The notes under the pieces are model-generated. The model saw nothing but the letters and a program-made list of their open reading frames with translations. It made no database searches and was not told the origin of the DNA. 64,000 nucleotides of DNA from Leucoraja ocellata (Eukaryota), in NCBI GenBank assembly GCA_036785375.1, contig JAWMAR010001256.1, forward strand, positions 62,001 through 126,000, in the 5' to 3' direction. Numbering within the stretch: the first letter of the stretch is position 1; every line of letters begins with the position of its first letter. This document shows positions 26,668-38,359 of the stretch, one piece after another. Both the position numbers and the translations under genes were made by a program.

Positions 26668-27688
26668 TTTCACATGTAGAAGTCATGCTTATGGACATTG
26701 GACTTTTATTCTGGAACTGTTACGCTATAATGCTGACAACCGTATTCTGCACTCTGCACCTTTCTCTTGCTCCATCTATTGTTCTTGAGTTTGGCCTGAT
26801 TGTATTCATGTGTAGTATTATCTGATTTACTTTAGTTTAGTTTAGTTTAGTTTAGAGATACAGCGCGGAAACAGGCCCTTAAGCCCCACCGAGTCCGCAC
26901 CGACCAGTGATCCCGCACACTATCCTACACACACTACAGGACAATTTACAATTTTACCAAGCCAATTAACCTACAAACCTGTACATATTTTGAATGTGGG
27001 AGGAAGCCGGCGCTCGCGGAGAATACGCACGCAGGTCACGGGGAGAAGGTACAAACTCTGTACAGGCAGCACCCGTGGACAGGATGGAACCTGGGTCTCT
27101 GGTAACTCAGCGGGACAGGCATCACCTCTGGATAGAAGGAATGGGTGACATTTATGTTGAGATCCTTCTTCAGTCTGAAGCATCAGACCCATTCCTTCTC
27201 TCCAGAGATGCTGCTGTATTGTGTGTCTGTCCAGAATAGATCATTGTTACCTAGGACAAGCTGACAACGAAGCATACAGAGATAAAATGCAATCAAGGGG
27301 ACTTCAAAATGTCCCGTTGAACTGGACATAAGTATAATTTTGTGTCGCAAGGAACTGCTGACGCTGGTTTACACCTAAGATAAGCACAAAATGCTGGAGT
27401 GACTCAGCGGGACAGGCAGCATCTCTGGAGAGAAGGAATGAGTGACGTTTCGGGTCGAGACCCTTGGTGTGATAAGACAGGCGGGGGACGGCCAAGGCTG
27501 ATGTGGAAACATAAATGTCGATGCCAGCATCTCAGGCAGTTGTGGAAAGGAGGGCGGTGTTGAAGTTTCCTTCCAGTGCAAGTCCAGCCCTGGTACCGCG
27601 CTCATCTCAAAGCGCTGGGGAACGCGAGGGAACTTGCCGAGGAAACTTTTAGTCTGAGGATTGAGCGCTTGAAAGCAACCATTCAGCT

Positions 27689-27755
27689 ATGGATGCGGGA
27701 CTCACGCCGTGGGCTGGATACCTTTACATTTTGACCTGGTTGTTTACTGTGGCAG
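27689..27755 (+). CDS. Gene A exon 1, signal peptide MDAGLTPWAGYLYILTWLFTVA
   Basis: ATG in CpG-rich unique DNA, hydrophobic core, donor CAG|gtacct, 67 nt, phase 1. Same length as and homologous to gene B exon 1. Confidence 0.82.
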
Positions 27756-30700
27756 GTACCTGCGGCGAGGCTGCGCTGTCATTATATCTGACCGCGGTTA
27801 CCGGTAACACGGCGCTTAGTCATGGCTGTAATCATATGTGCTCAGATGCTGGGGGTTTGGCTGAAGCTGGTTCTTGGTGGGAGAAAACTTGTCCATGGCG
27901 TCGCCGACCCCCGCCTCCCCTCTCCCCCTCCCAACCCCAGTTCCCCGTCACCTCTGGCAAAACCCACACCCTGAACTGGCCACTGATTTATCTTCGCTTC
28001 TAACAGTGAGATTCTCGGGACCGGACTGCAGTTGAAGTTTAGAAACGTGGTAAATAGGTGCAGGAGGCCATTTGGCCCTTCGAGCCAGCACCGCCATACA
28101 TTGTGATCATGGCTGCTCACCCACAATCAATAACCCGTGCCTGCCTTCTCCACATATCCCTTCATTCCGCTAGCCTCTAGAGTTCCATCTAACTCTTTTA
28201 AATTCATCCAGTGAATTGGCCTCTGTTGTCCTCTGTGGCAGAGAATTCCACAAATTCACAATTCTCTGAGTGGAAAAGTTTCGTTTATAGACACACAAAA
28301 TGCTGGAGTAACTCAGCGGGTTAGGCAGCATTTCTGGAGAACATCGATAGGTGACTTTTCGGGTCAAGACCATTCTTCATATTGAATGGCGGTGCTAGCT
28401 CGAAGGGCCGAAGGGCCTATTACTACACCTCTTTTCAATGTTTCAGTCTGAGAGTTTAGTTTATTATCAAAGGTTTATTGTCGAGGTACAATGAAAAGCT
28501 TCCACGTCCTGATTCACATTAAGGTGCAATGAAAGGTGAAATAGTTACAGGGACGGGGTGGCTGTTCTAATATAAAACACAAGGTGCTGGAGGAACTCGG
28601 CGGGTCAGGCTGCGTCTATGGAGTGAAATGGTGGGGCAACGTTTCGGGTCGGGACATTTCAGACTGACGGAGAAGGATGAGAGGAGGGGGGGAGAAAGGA
28701 AGCTGAAAAAGAACGACCTCATGCTTCATCAGAAAAGTCCCGACCCGAAGTGTCATCTGTCGCCCCCCCCCCCCCCCCCCCCACACCTATACCAAGCCAA
28801 TGAATCGACAAACCTGTACGTCTTTGGAGTGCGGGAGGAAAGCGGAGACCCTGGAGAAAGCCCACGCAGGTCACAGGGAGAACGTACAAACACCGTACAG
28901 ACAACACCCATAGTCAGGATCGTACCCGGGTCTCTGGCGCTGTGAGGCAGCAACTCTACCGCTGCGCCACCGTGCTGCCCTTGGATTTTCATTATCTATT
29001 ATCTGTACTATTTGTAACGTGATTTCTTCTCTTGTCCAAAATTGTGGCTGCAGATACAGTATTGATCAAAGCAGAACCGTCAGCTGTGGAATTTGGACAT
29101 CCTTTGATAGTGAACTGCAGTTCATCTTGTGTAGCAACAAGGATATTCATTGAAGGAACGAAAGGATCTAATGTAACAAAACAACCTCAATGGGTGGCAC
29201 ATTCTTACTCAACAATTCTGGTGTGGTCTCTTCAAATGCATTGCACTGCGATATGCTCACCTGGGGAAAAAGATGACCAGAATACAATAATTCCTGTCTA
29301 CAGTAAGTACAAGAATTTCTCTTCAGCTTTTTTCCACAAGTAATAGTTCTTACTCAATAATCAAAAATCTGTAGCCTCCTTTTGCTCTGACATTATATTT
29401 AATTCACATGTTTAATCAATAATGATTTATTATTAAGGTTTAATGTTTAGTGTTATTCCTAACTGACACTGTATGTCATGTTGTCACTTGCGGGCGGAGT
29501 ACCAAGGCAAATTCCTTGTATGTGAATACCTGGCCAATAAACTTAATCATTCATTCATTCATTTACACAAAGGTGGAATTGACACAGCTGAGCAATGTGC
29601 CAATGTCTCTCACGGTTTCCAGTAATGGGAAGGCTGTAGAACACAAGAGCACAGCCTCAGAAAAAAAGGACGTATCTTCAGAATGGAGATGAGGAGGATT
29701 TTTTTCAGCCGGGGAGGTGCAATGGTGGAATTCACTGCCACTGATGGCGGTGGAGGCCAAGTCATTGAGTATTTTTAAAGCAGAGGTTGACAGGTTCCTG
29801 ATTATTAAGGGCGTCAAAACTCATAGGGAGAGAAGGCAAGAGGATGAGATTGAGTGGGAAAAATAGATCAGACTGAATGGCGGCATAGACTTTAGTTTAG
29901 AGATACAGCTCAGAAACAAGCCCTTCAGTCCACCAAGTCCGCACTGACCAGCGATCCCATCACACTAACATTATCCTACACACACTGGGGACAATTTGCA
30001 TTTATACCAAGCCAACTAACCAATCAGTACCCCGTTCCTGCCTTCGCCCCATATCCCCTGACTCCGCTATTTTTAAGAGCCCTATCTTGAAAGTATCCAG
30101 AGAACCTGCCTCCACCGCCCTCTGAGGCAGAGAATTCCACAGTTTCACCACTCTCTGTTTGAAAAAGTGTTTCCTCATCTCCTTTCTAAATGGCTTACCC
30201 CTTATTCTTAAACTGTGGTCCCTGGTTCTGGACTCCCCGAACATCGGGAACATGTATTAGCCACCAAACATATTTTAGCTACCAAAAAAAGCTCCGATCT
30301 CCTCAGTCCAATAAAAAACAGAGGATGTTAAACTAGTGGCCGTGAATAATTCTTAAGTGATGTGGCAGTGACCTCTCCTGCTTCATCACACTGGTTGTGG
30401 TATAATGTAGTTAGACAACAATTTCAGATAAGCCTGTTTCAGCAGCCCCATGTTAATGGAGTCGATTGTGTCTAAAAATACTGACACAGGATCTCGTTTT
30501 CTCTTATCTACAGCTCAGATGACATAAAGTGTTTAGTTTATTTATCCAGAGGAAATGGGGTGCCAGAGGACACATATTTGCTGTTAGAGTTCTTTTAAAC
30601 AAAGATTGTTGAAAGTTAAATCAGCTGCCTCCTCACCCTTCTGTTCTTTCATCCCTCACATAATTCCTTCCCTGATTACAATATCCTGACCATTATTATT

Positions 30701-33700
30701 TCATAATATAGTTCATATTTTGTCATGTAAACGATACCGCAACCATTCTAAATTTTTATTTATTTCCTGATTATAAAATTGTGATCATTATAATTCCATA
30801 ATATTTAGATTCTTGGAGTGTTTATTTGGAGTATTGCATGCAGTTCTGGTCGCCCCATTACAGAAAGATGCAGAGGCTTTGTTTAGTTTAGTTTAGTTTC
30901 GAGATACAGCACAGAATCAGGCACTTTGGCCCACTGGGTCAGCACCAGCCAGTGATGTCTCTATCTACACACACTAACGACAATTTACATTTATACTAAG
31001 CCATCCACATCGACTAGTGATCACCCGCACATTAACACTATTCCACACACTAGGGACAATTCACATTCGTACGGAGCCAATTAACCCGCATATCTGTACA
31101 CATTTGGAGTGTGGGAGGCAATCAAAGATCTCGGAGAAAACCCACGCAGTCACGGGAAGAACGTACAAACTCTGTACAGACAGCACCCGTAGTCAGGATC
31201 GAACCCAGGACCCGGGGCTCTAGTGCTGTAAGTTAGCAACTCTACCGCTATGCAACCGTGCTGCCCTTTGGAGTAGGTTTAGCAGAATGCTGCCATGATT
31301 AGAGGTTTTTAGCTATAGGGAGAGGTTGGATAGACTTGGATTGTTTTCTTTCGGATGTAGGAGGCTGAGGGGTGACGATAGAAGTATACACAATTATGAG
31401 AGGGCATATAGTCAGAACCTTTCTCCCTGGGAAGAAATGTCTTACACTAGAGGGCGTAGCTATAAGGTGAGAGGTGGGAAGTTTAATAGAGATGTGTGGG
31501 GCAAGTTTCATTTTACACAGAGAGTGCTGGGGGCCCAGAAAGCCTTGCCAGGGTGGTGATGGAGGCAGATGTGATAAAAAGCATTTAGGAGGCTTTTGGA
31601 TAGGCATAAGAAAGTGCAGGGAATAGAGGGATATGGATCATGTACAGGCAGATGAGATCAGTTTAAATTTGGCATCATGTTCGGCACAAACATTGTGGGC
31701 TGTAGGGCCCGTTCCTGTAATGTTCTATGTTCTATAATATTGTTAATATTTCATCTAATAGATACCTCAACCATTCTAACTTTGGTCTTACTAAATAATG
31801 TATAATACTGTGCGTGGAAAAAAATACACCTCTAGTTCAGTTCAGTTTAGTTCATTGTCACGTATACCGAGCTACAGGGAAAGCAGCCAGCGGAAAGACA
31901 ATACATGATTACAATCGAGCCTTTTACAGTGGACAGATATATGAAAAGAGAATAACATTTAATGCAGGTAAAGCCAGCAAAGTCTGATCAATGATAGTCT
32001 GAGGATCATCAATGTTGTAGATCGTAGTTCAGCACTGCTCACTGGTTACCCTTGGCTTCCTATTAAATCTTTCCTCCCCTCACCTTAAACCTATAAACTG
32101 GAATAGAAATTTAAGAGGGCATATTTGACAATGGGTTTCAGTTTCACTCACAGACTGTTTGCACGTTGGCTATATTTTGAATCTTCAGGGAAACATGTTC
32201 AAATACAGACTGGTTCGATGATTACTGTCAACAGTCCTTTAACACATCGTAATGCCTCGATGATTACCATCCATTGTGATTATATTTCAACAGATCGAGA
32301 GTTGAACATTACTTCCCCTCCTGAAGTGTTGGAAATTAATACAACATATAGCCTGGAATGCACTGGCCCCAGGGTCAATCCTATCAATAAGCTAATTCTC
32401 AAATGGCAAAGAGGAAACAAGATCATCGAGACCAATTCTACAGAAGAAAATGGTATCTCGCATGAGGATAAACGATTAAGGAATGTCTTACAATTTACTG
32501 CAAGGACTACGGACGATGGACAGGTTTACACCTGCGTGGCGGAAGTAGACCTAGGCTCCAACACCACTTTGCAAATCACAAACTCCTCCGTGACCTTGCA
32601 AACCTACCGTAAGTTACCTTTGAATAAATGTTAGGTAGACAAAAATGCTGGAGAAACTCAGCGAGTGAGGTCTCGACCCGAATCGTCACCTATTTCCTTC
32701 GCTCCATAGATGCTGCCTCACCCGCTGAGCTTCTCCAGCATTTTTGTCTACCTTCGATTGTTCCAACATCTGCAGTTCCTTCTTAAACATTTTGAATTAA
32801 TGTTAGTTGGTTAATTTTCTTTATTATACCAGAGTAGTGATGGAACGTATGACAAAAGTCTTGGATGCTACTATAATGTTTACCCCAGTAGCAATTAATA
32901 ATCAGTACAATGTAAAGATGATAAATACAAACTGGCATCAGGACAGAGAAGAAAACCCACGCAGGTCATGGGGAGAACATACAAACTCAGTACAGATAGC
33001 ACCCATAGTCGGGATCAAACCCGGGTCTCTGGCGCTGTGAGGCAGCAGCTCTACCCCCGCGTCACCGTGCTTAATTTGCTTAACTTTAATGCATTTTCTT
33101 TCTTTTCACAGGTGAACCTCGAAGCACAATGATATCAGTAAATAATCAAAGCTCCACAGAGTCGCCAGTGCATGTGGCTAGTGGGGACAGCATCACCTTA
33201 GTCTGTGACACACTGGGGAACCCAGAGCCAACATTAAAATGGGAATACCCTGAAAATACCAACATTGCAATCAATTCTTCCGCAGTCCTCTATATTTCTG
33301 AAGCCACGATGGAAAATAATGGAATATACAAATGTACAGCTAGTAATAAATATGGAGCTGATGAGAACAAAGTGGAGATCAAAGTGAAAGGTCAGTTTGA
33401 AAACATGTCTCTTGATTAAAATACTTACCTTCATCACAACAAAGTAAACCGATGCCAAAAGAAATCAGCCGAAACACCAGTTCCTAGTTTCTTTTTGTTT
33501 GTTTCTGTCGAGGGGACCCTGCAACGGTCATAAAATCATAAGTGATCGGAGCAGAATTAGGCCATTCGGCCCATCAAATCTACTCCGCCATTCAATCATG
33601 GCTGATCTATCTCTCCCTCCTAACCCCATTCCCTGCCTTCTCCCCATAACCCCTGACACATGTGCTAATCAAAAAGCTTTGCCTTAAAAATATCCATTGA

Positions 33701-35241
33701 CTTGGTCTCCACAGACTTCTGTGGCAATTAATTCCCCCGATTCACCACCATCTGACTAAAAAAATTCCTCCCCATCTCCTTTCTAAAGGAGCATCCTTTA
33801 ATTCTGAGGCTGTGCCCTCTGATCCTAGACTCTCCCATTAGTGGAAACATCATCTCCACATCCTCTCTGTCCAGGCCTTTCACTATTTGGTAAGTTTCAA
33901 TTAGGTCCCCCCTCATCTTTCTACACTCCAGCGAGTACGGGCCCTGTGCCGTCAAACACTCATTCCCGGGATGCAGGCAGTGAAGCTGATGAGAACAAAG
34001 TGGAGATCAAAGTGAAAGGTCAGTTTGCAAACGATGTCTGTTAATTAAAATACTTACCTTCGTCGCAACAAGCTAAAAGTCTGTAAAAAGCAAATCACCC
34101 TAAACACCAGTTCAACAAGAGTGAGTGAAAGATCAGAAGTGCCCCCACACCACTCACAGTTCCTGGCTTCTAACGTGCTTCACTGTCCCTCCCGTCACCA
34201 TTTTGTCCAACTATATATTTTCACCCACTTGTGTGTGACAGGTCTACAATACCGTGCACTACAATGCCAGAGTATAGTCATGCAGCACAGAAACAAGCCC
34301 TTTGGCCCATCTTGTCCACGCCGACAAAGATGCCCCAGCCCACCAACCCCAGTTAGAAGGCTTGTATCCTTCCTTATTATTCCTATCTATTATGTATTGC
34401 CCAGAACAATAACCACAACAGTGGTTGTGTGAAGTAATGAAACATTGATTTACTAACTAACATCAAACAGGGTACATCACCCTAACCTACGTAAACTGGC
34501 TGCAGTCTAACAAACCGTGTCCTAGCCGAGTCCTGCACAAGTCCCGTGATTGAACAGTGTTCCCAAACTACCGTGCACGCACACACCCGTAACGTTTCTG
34601 GCCGGCAGGGATGCCAGAGCTCACACGCGCAAGATGCCGGTGTGTAAACAGAAACTGATGTGATGGTTAAGCAGCACGGTGGCGCAGTGGTAGAGTTGCT
34701 GTCTTACAGCACCAGAGACCTGGGTTCGATCCTCATTACGGGTGCTGTCTGTACACGTTCTCCCGGTGACCACATGGGTTTTCTCTAGGTGCTTCGGTTT
34801 CCTCCCACACTCCAAACGCACGCACGCTTCTAGGTTAATTGGTATTGGTAAGAATTGTAAAATATCACTCGTGTGTAGGATAGTGTTAGTGTGCGGGGAT
34901 TGCTGGTCGGCATTGACTCAGGGGGGCCATTTCCATGCTGTATCTCTAAACTAAACTGCAAAGAACAAAAATCTGCCTTACATAATATTAACATTTCTCT
35001 TCAAATCAATTATTGTTGAAATAGTTTAGACTGTACAGTTGGCTTTACAAATCATTTTGTTCTGATTATCTCTACAGATAAATCGGCGATCATCATAGGA
35101 GTAAGTGTAATGGCACTGGCCACAGCAACCTTTGCAAGTGGGGCTGTTATTTATTACTTGTACCAAAAGGCTCAGAAATCACAAGAATACAAACTACGGA
35201 ATGCAAAGCCTCACAACAATCCACAGGTGCTCAGCGGATAG
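27689..35241 (+). CDS. Gene A: ICAM-family cell adhesion protein, 3 Ig domains, type I membrane protein, 357 aa; join(27689-27755,29054-29302,32294-32608,33112-33390,35078-35241)
   Basis: Five exons with AG/GT boundaries, all introns phase 1, total 1074 nt in one open frame. Signal peptide, D1 with CxxxC...CxxxC and IFIE, two further Ig domains, TM segment, tail YLYQKAQKSQEYKLRNAK resembling ICAM-1 YLYNRQRKIKKYRLQQAQ. Confidence 0.88.
29054..29302 (+). CDS. Gene A exon 2, ICAM-type Ig domain 1
   Basis: ctgcag| acceptor, A|gtaagt donor; VNCSSSC...IFIE...MHCTAIC...IPVY, the four-cysteine D1 pattern of ICAM/VCAM/MAdCAM. Confidence 0.88.
32294..32608 (+). CDS. Gene A exon 3, Ig domain 2
   Basis: caacag| acceptor, C|gtaagt donor; LECTGPRVNP..LKWQRG..DDGQVYTCVAEVDL, resembling ICAM D2; 315 nt. 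Confidence 0.92.
33112..33390 (+). CDS. Gene A exon 4, membrane-proximal I-set Ig domain
   Basis: Long pyrimidine tract + cacag|, G|gtcagt donor; ITLVCDTLGNPEPTLKW..NNGIYKCTASNKYG. Confidence 0.92.
33984..34113 (+). repeat. Local duplication of gene A exon 4 3' end + donor + intron start (source 33356-33483)
   Basis: 44 nt identical, followed by about 85 nt of diverged intron-derived sequence. Confidence 0.92.
35078..35241 (+). CDS. Gene A exon 5, transmembrane + cytoplasmic tail (DKSAIIIGVSVMALATATFASGAVIYYLYQKAQKSQEYKLRNAKPHNNPQVLSG*)
   Basis: tctacag| acceptor in phase 1, hydrophobic TM segment, basic juxtamembrane residues, YKL motif, TAG stop. Too short to appear in the ORF track. Confidence 0.88.
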
Positions 35242-35535
35242 TAAAACCAGACAATTATCACTCTTAAAGGAATATGAAATATAAACTACCAAGAACAAAA
35301 CAGGGAAGCAGTTTGTGTTTATTGGAAATTATCACTTGCCGATCTCTCCAGACATGATTTTGATGGGAATTTGCACAATTATTCTTCCATCTGTCTGCTT
35401 TAAAAGCCAACGAGATAAATTATAAAGATGTCTTAAAACTGATATCTTGGCTGCCTCTCCTCAATCATTATTGCTGTAATGTTGCGAAATGGTTAGAATA
35501 AATCATTGTTTAGAGGGATCAGCAGCATCTCTGGT

Positions 35536-35563
35536 GACGTTTCGGGTCGAGACCCTTCTTCAG
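35536..35563 (-). ncRNA. Minimal type-I hammerhead motif, antisense within gene A putative 3' UTR
   Basis: Reverse complement is CTGAAGAAGGGTCTCGACCCGAAACGTC. Confidence 0.55.
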
Positions 35564-36835
35564 AAGTGTCACCCATTCCTTCCCTCCAGAGATGCTGCCT
35601 GTCCCACTGAGTTACTCCAGTATTTTGTGTCTGTCTTTGGAGTAGACCAGCATCTACAGTTCCTTCCAACATAAATAATTGTTTCATCTGTTTTGTTATT
35701 GCACAAGTTTGTACAAGATGCAGCTGTGGGATTTAATTCTGGAATGTAATATTTAAGGAGCTCTCTAATAACTGGAATGGGAAAGTGTTGTTAACATTCC
35801 CTAGAAGTATTTTTCAAAACTGTATTCTACTTTGAAGACTGCCTTCTTCATAGACACTCACTTGGGGTGAGGGTTGGGGGATGGAGAATTGTTTCCTACC
35901 ATTGTAGATGAGTCTCATTGAAACTTACAGAATAATGAAAGGTATAGATAGAGTGGATGTGGAAAGGATGTTTCCACTGGTGGGAGAGCCTTGAACCAGA
36001 GGTCATAGCCTCCGAATTAAAGGGTGTTCTTTTAGAAAGGAGGTGAGGAGAAACTTCTTCAGTCAGAGGGTGGTGCATCTTTGGAACTCATTGCCACAGA
36101 GGTCTGTGGCGGCCAAGTCAGTGGATATTTTTAAGGCAGAGCTAGACAATTGTTTTTATTAGAACAAATTTCCACACATCCTGTGCTTTCATACGTCATC
36201 GGTATTGATGAATCATGACCTTGGCGTTTTAACGCTTTCCAAAATGTATCTTAGAACTTAGGACAGTGCAGCACAGGAACAGGCTCTTTAGTCCACAATA
36301 TTTGTGCCAAACATGATGCCCAGTTAAACTGATCTCATCTGCTTGTACATGGTCCATATCCCTGTATTCCTTCCTCTTCCATGTGTCTATCTAATAGCCT
36401 CTTAATCGCCACTGTCATATCTGCTTTCACCACCACAATACGTTCCAGGCCCCCACCACTCTTTGTGTAAAAAATGTGCCCTGCACATCTCCATTAGACT
36501 TCCCTCCTCTCACTTTATAGCTACACCCTCTAGCGTTGGATATTTCCACCCTGGGAAAAAGGTTCTGCCTGTCTTCTTAAGTCATGGGCCATAGAATCCA
36601 TGCAGTCAGTTGGGATGTTGCATCAAGGAGGTTTAGAATCTGTTTCCCTGTCTATCTGGTAATCTTTGCCTCTAACAGAGGCATAAAGTGACCCTTTCAG
36701 GGCATTGGCCAAACAGGTGACATGAAGAAGGGTCTCGACCTGAAACGTCACCCATTCCTTCCCTCCAGAGACGCTGCCTGTCCCGCTGAGTTACTCCAGC
36801 ATTTTGTGTCTATCTTTGCTTTAGTTATTGTCACA

Positions 36836-37203
36836 TGTACCGAGGTACAGTGAAAAGCTTTTGTTGTGTGCTGACCATCAGCGGAAATACAATACATGAT
36901 TACAATCGAGCCATTTACAGTGTACAGATACATGGTAAGAGAATAACGTTTAGTGCAAGGCAAAGCCAGTAAAGTCCAATCAAAGATAGTCCGAGGGTCA
37001 CAAATGAGCAGTGCTGAACTACTATCTACCTCATTTGTGACCCTTGGACTATCTTTGATTGGACTTTACTGGCTTTACCTTGCACTAAACATTATTCTCT
37101 TATCATGTATCTATACACTGTAAATGGCTCGATTGTAATCACGTATTGTATTTCCGCTGACTGGATAGCACACAACAAAAGCTTTTCACTGTACCTCGGT
37201 ACA
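36836..37203. repeat. Long inverted repeat: ~174-bp arms, 21-nt loop
   Basis: 36836-37008 is the reverse complement of 37030-37203 with scattered mismatches. Confidence 0.92.
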
Positions 37204-37512
37204 GTAAACAAAGTAAACAAAGAGTTTTGATGAGGGCTACCAGCAAGCGTTCAGGAGAAGCAGTGCAACAATTTACAATCAGTTTTCTGGATGACTTGTT
37301 TCCTAACTCGGTAAATTTCCCCACGAACCACAAGAATGCCCTCGGCTCTTCTCTCTGTGGCTCTTTGACCTTCCTTTATTTTAACGTATTACTTCCTTGC
37401 CTTTGACATTTCAAACCGTAATCTTCCTTTAATCTATCTCCTTCCTCCTTTAATATGTTTCGTTAAAATTATTCTGTGTCCTGTGACCGAAACAGAACAG
37501 TGAAATTCTTAA

Positions 37513-37708
37513 GGGCCTGTTCCACTTGGCGATTTTTTTCGGCGACTGCCGGCATCATATCAGCGTCATATCGGTGACAAAAAAAAGTTGCGACACTTGA
37601 AAAAACATCGTGCATCACCGCCGCGTCACGCCGTGAATTTTTCGCTGACCTGATATGTCAGTCAATGATGCCGGCAGACGCCGAAAAAATCGCCAATGGG
37701 ACAGGCCC
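37513..37708. mobile_element. MITE with ~45-bp TIRs (GGGCCTGTYCCA...) flanked by TTAA
   Basis: TTAA at 37509-37512 and 37709-37712; inverted ends GGCGATTTTTTTCGGCGACTGCCGGCATCAT. Confidence 0.85.
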
Positions 37709-37943
37709 TTAAAACTCATTAATAAAGTCAGGATGTGAGGCTTTACAATCGCTTGCATGAGTGCTGATGAATAGCTGGCGTTTATAACATTAACAAGATT
37801 AAATTTGAGCCCTTGTGTTACTCGCTGTCTGTTCTCTGGTTTAGTTTATTGAATCAATAGCAGTTGAGTCATTTGTGGATCTTTGAACGGATTGTACAAA
37901 GTAAACAGAGAAATGTATCATTTGTATGTACTGTTCTACATAA

Positions 37944-37949
37944 AATAAA
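37944..37949 (+). terminator. Candidate polyadenylation signal (AATAAA) of gene A
   Basis: Ends an AT-rich unique stretch with upstream TGTA motifs; an alternative AATAAA lies at 37721-37726. Confidence 0.4.
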
Positions 37950-38359
37950 CGTTTCCAAAAGAAAAACTGTATACTGGTTATAGTTTAGTTTACTTTAGTT
38001 TAGAGATACAGCAGGGAAACAGGCCCTTCGGTCCACCGATTCAGCACCGACCAGCGATCCCCGCACATTAACACTATCTACATACACTAGCGATAATCTA
38101 CATTTATACCAAGCCGATTAATCTACAAACCTGTACATCTTTGGAGTGTGGGAGGAAACCGAAGATCTTGGAGAAAACCAACGCGGACGAATGGGTGACT
38201 TTTCAAGTCAAGACCCTTCTTCTGAAGAAGAAGAAGAAGGGTCTCGACCTGAAACATCACCTCCTATTCCTTCTCTCTGGAGATGCTGCCAGTCCCGCTG
38301 AGTTATTCCGACATTTTGTGTCTAAGCCAGTGCAAGCCAGACTAATAGCTAACACATTG

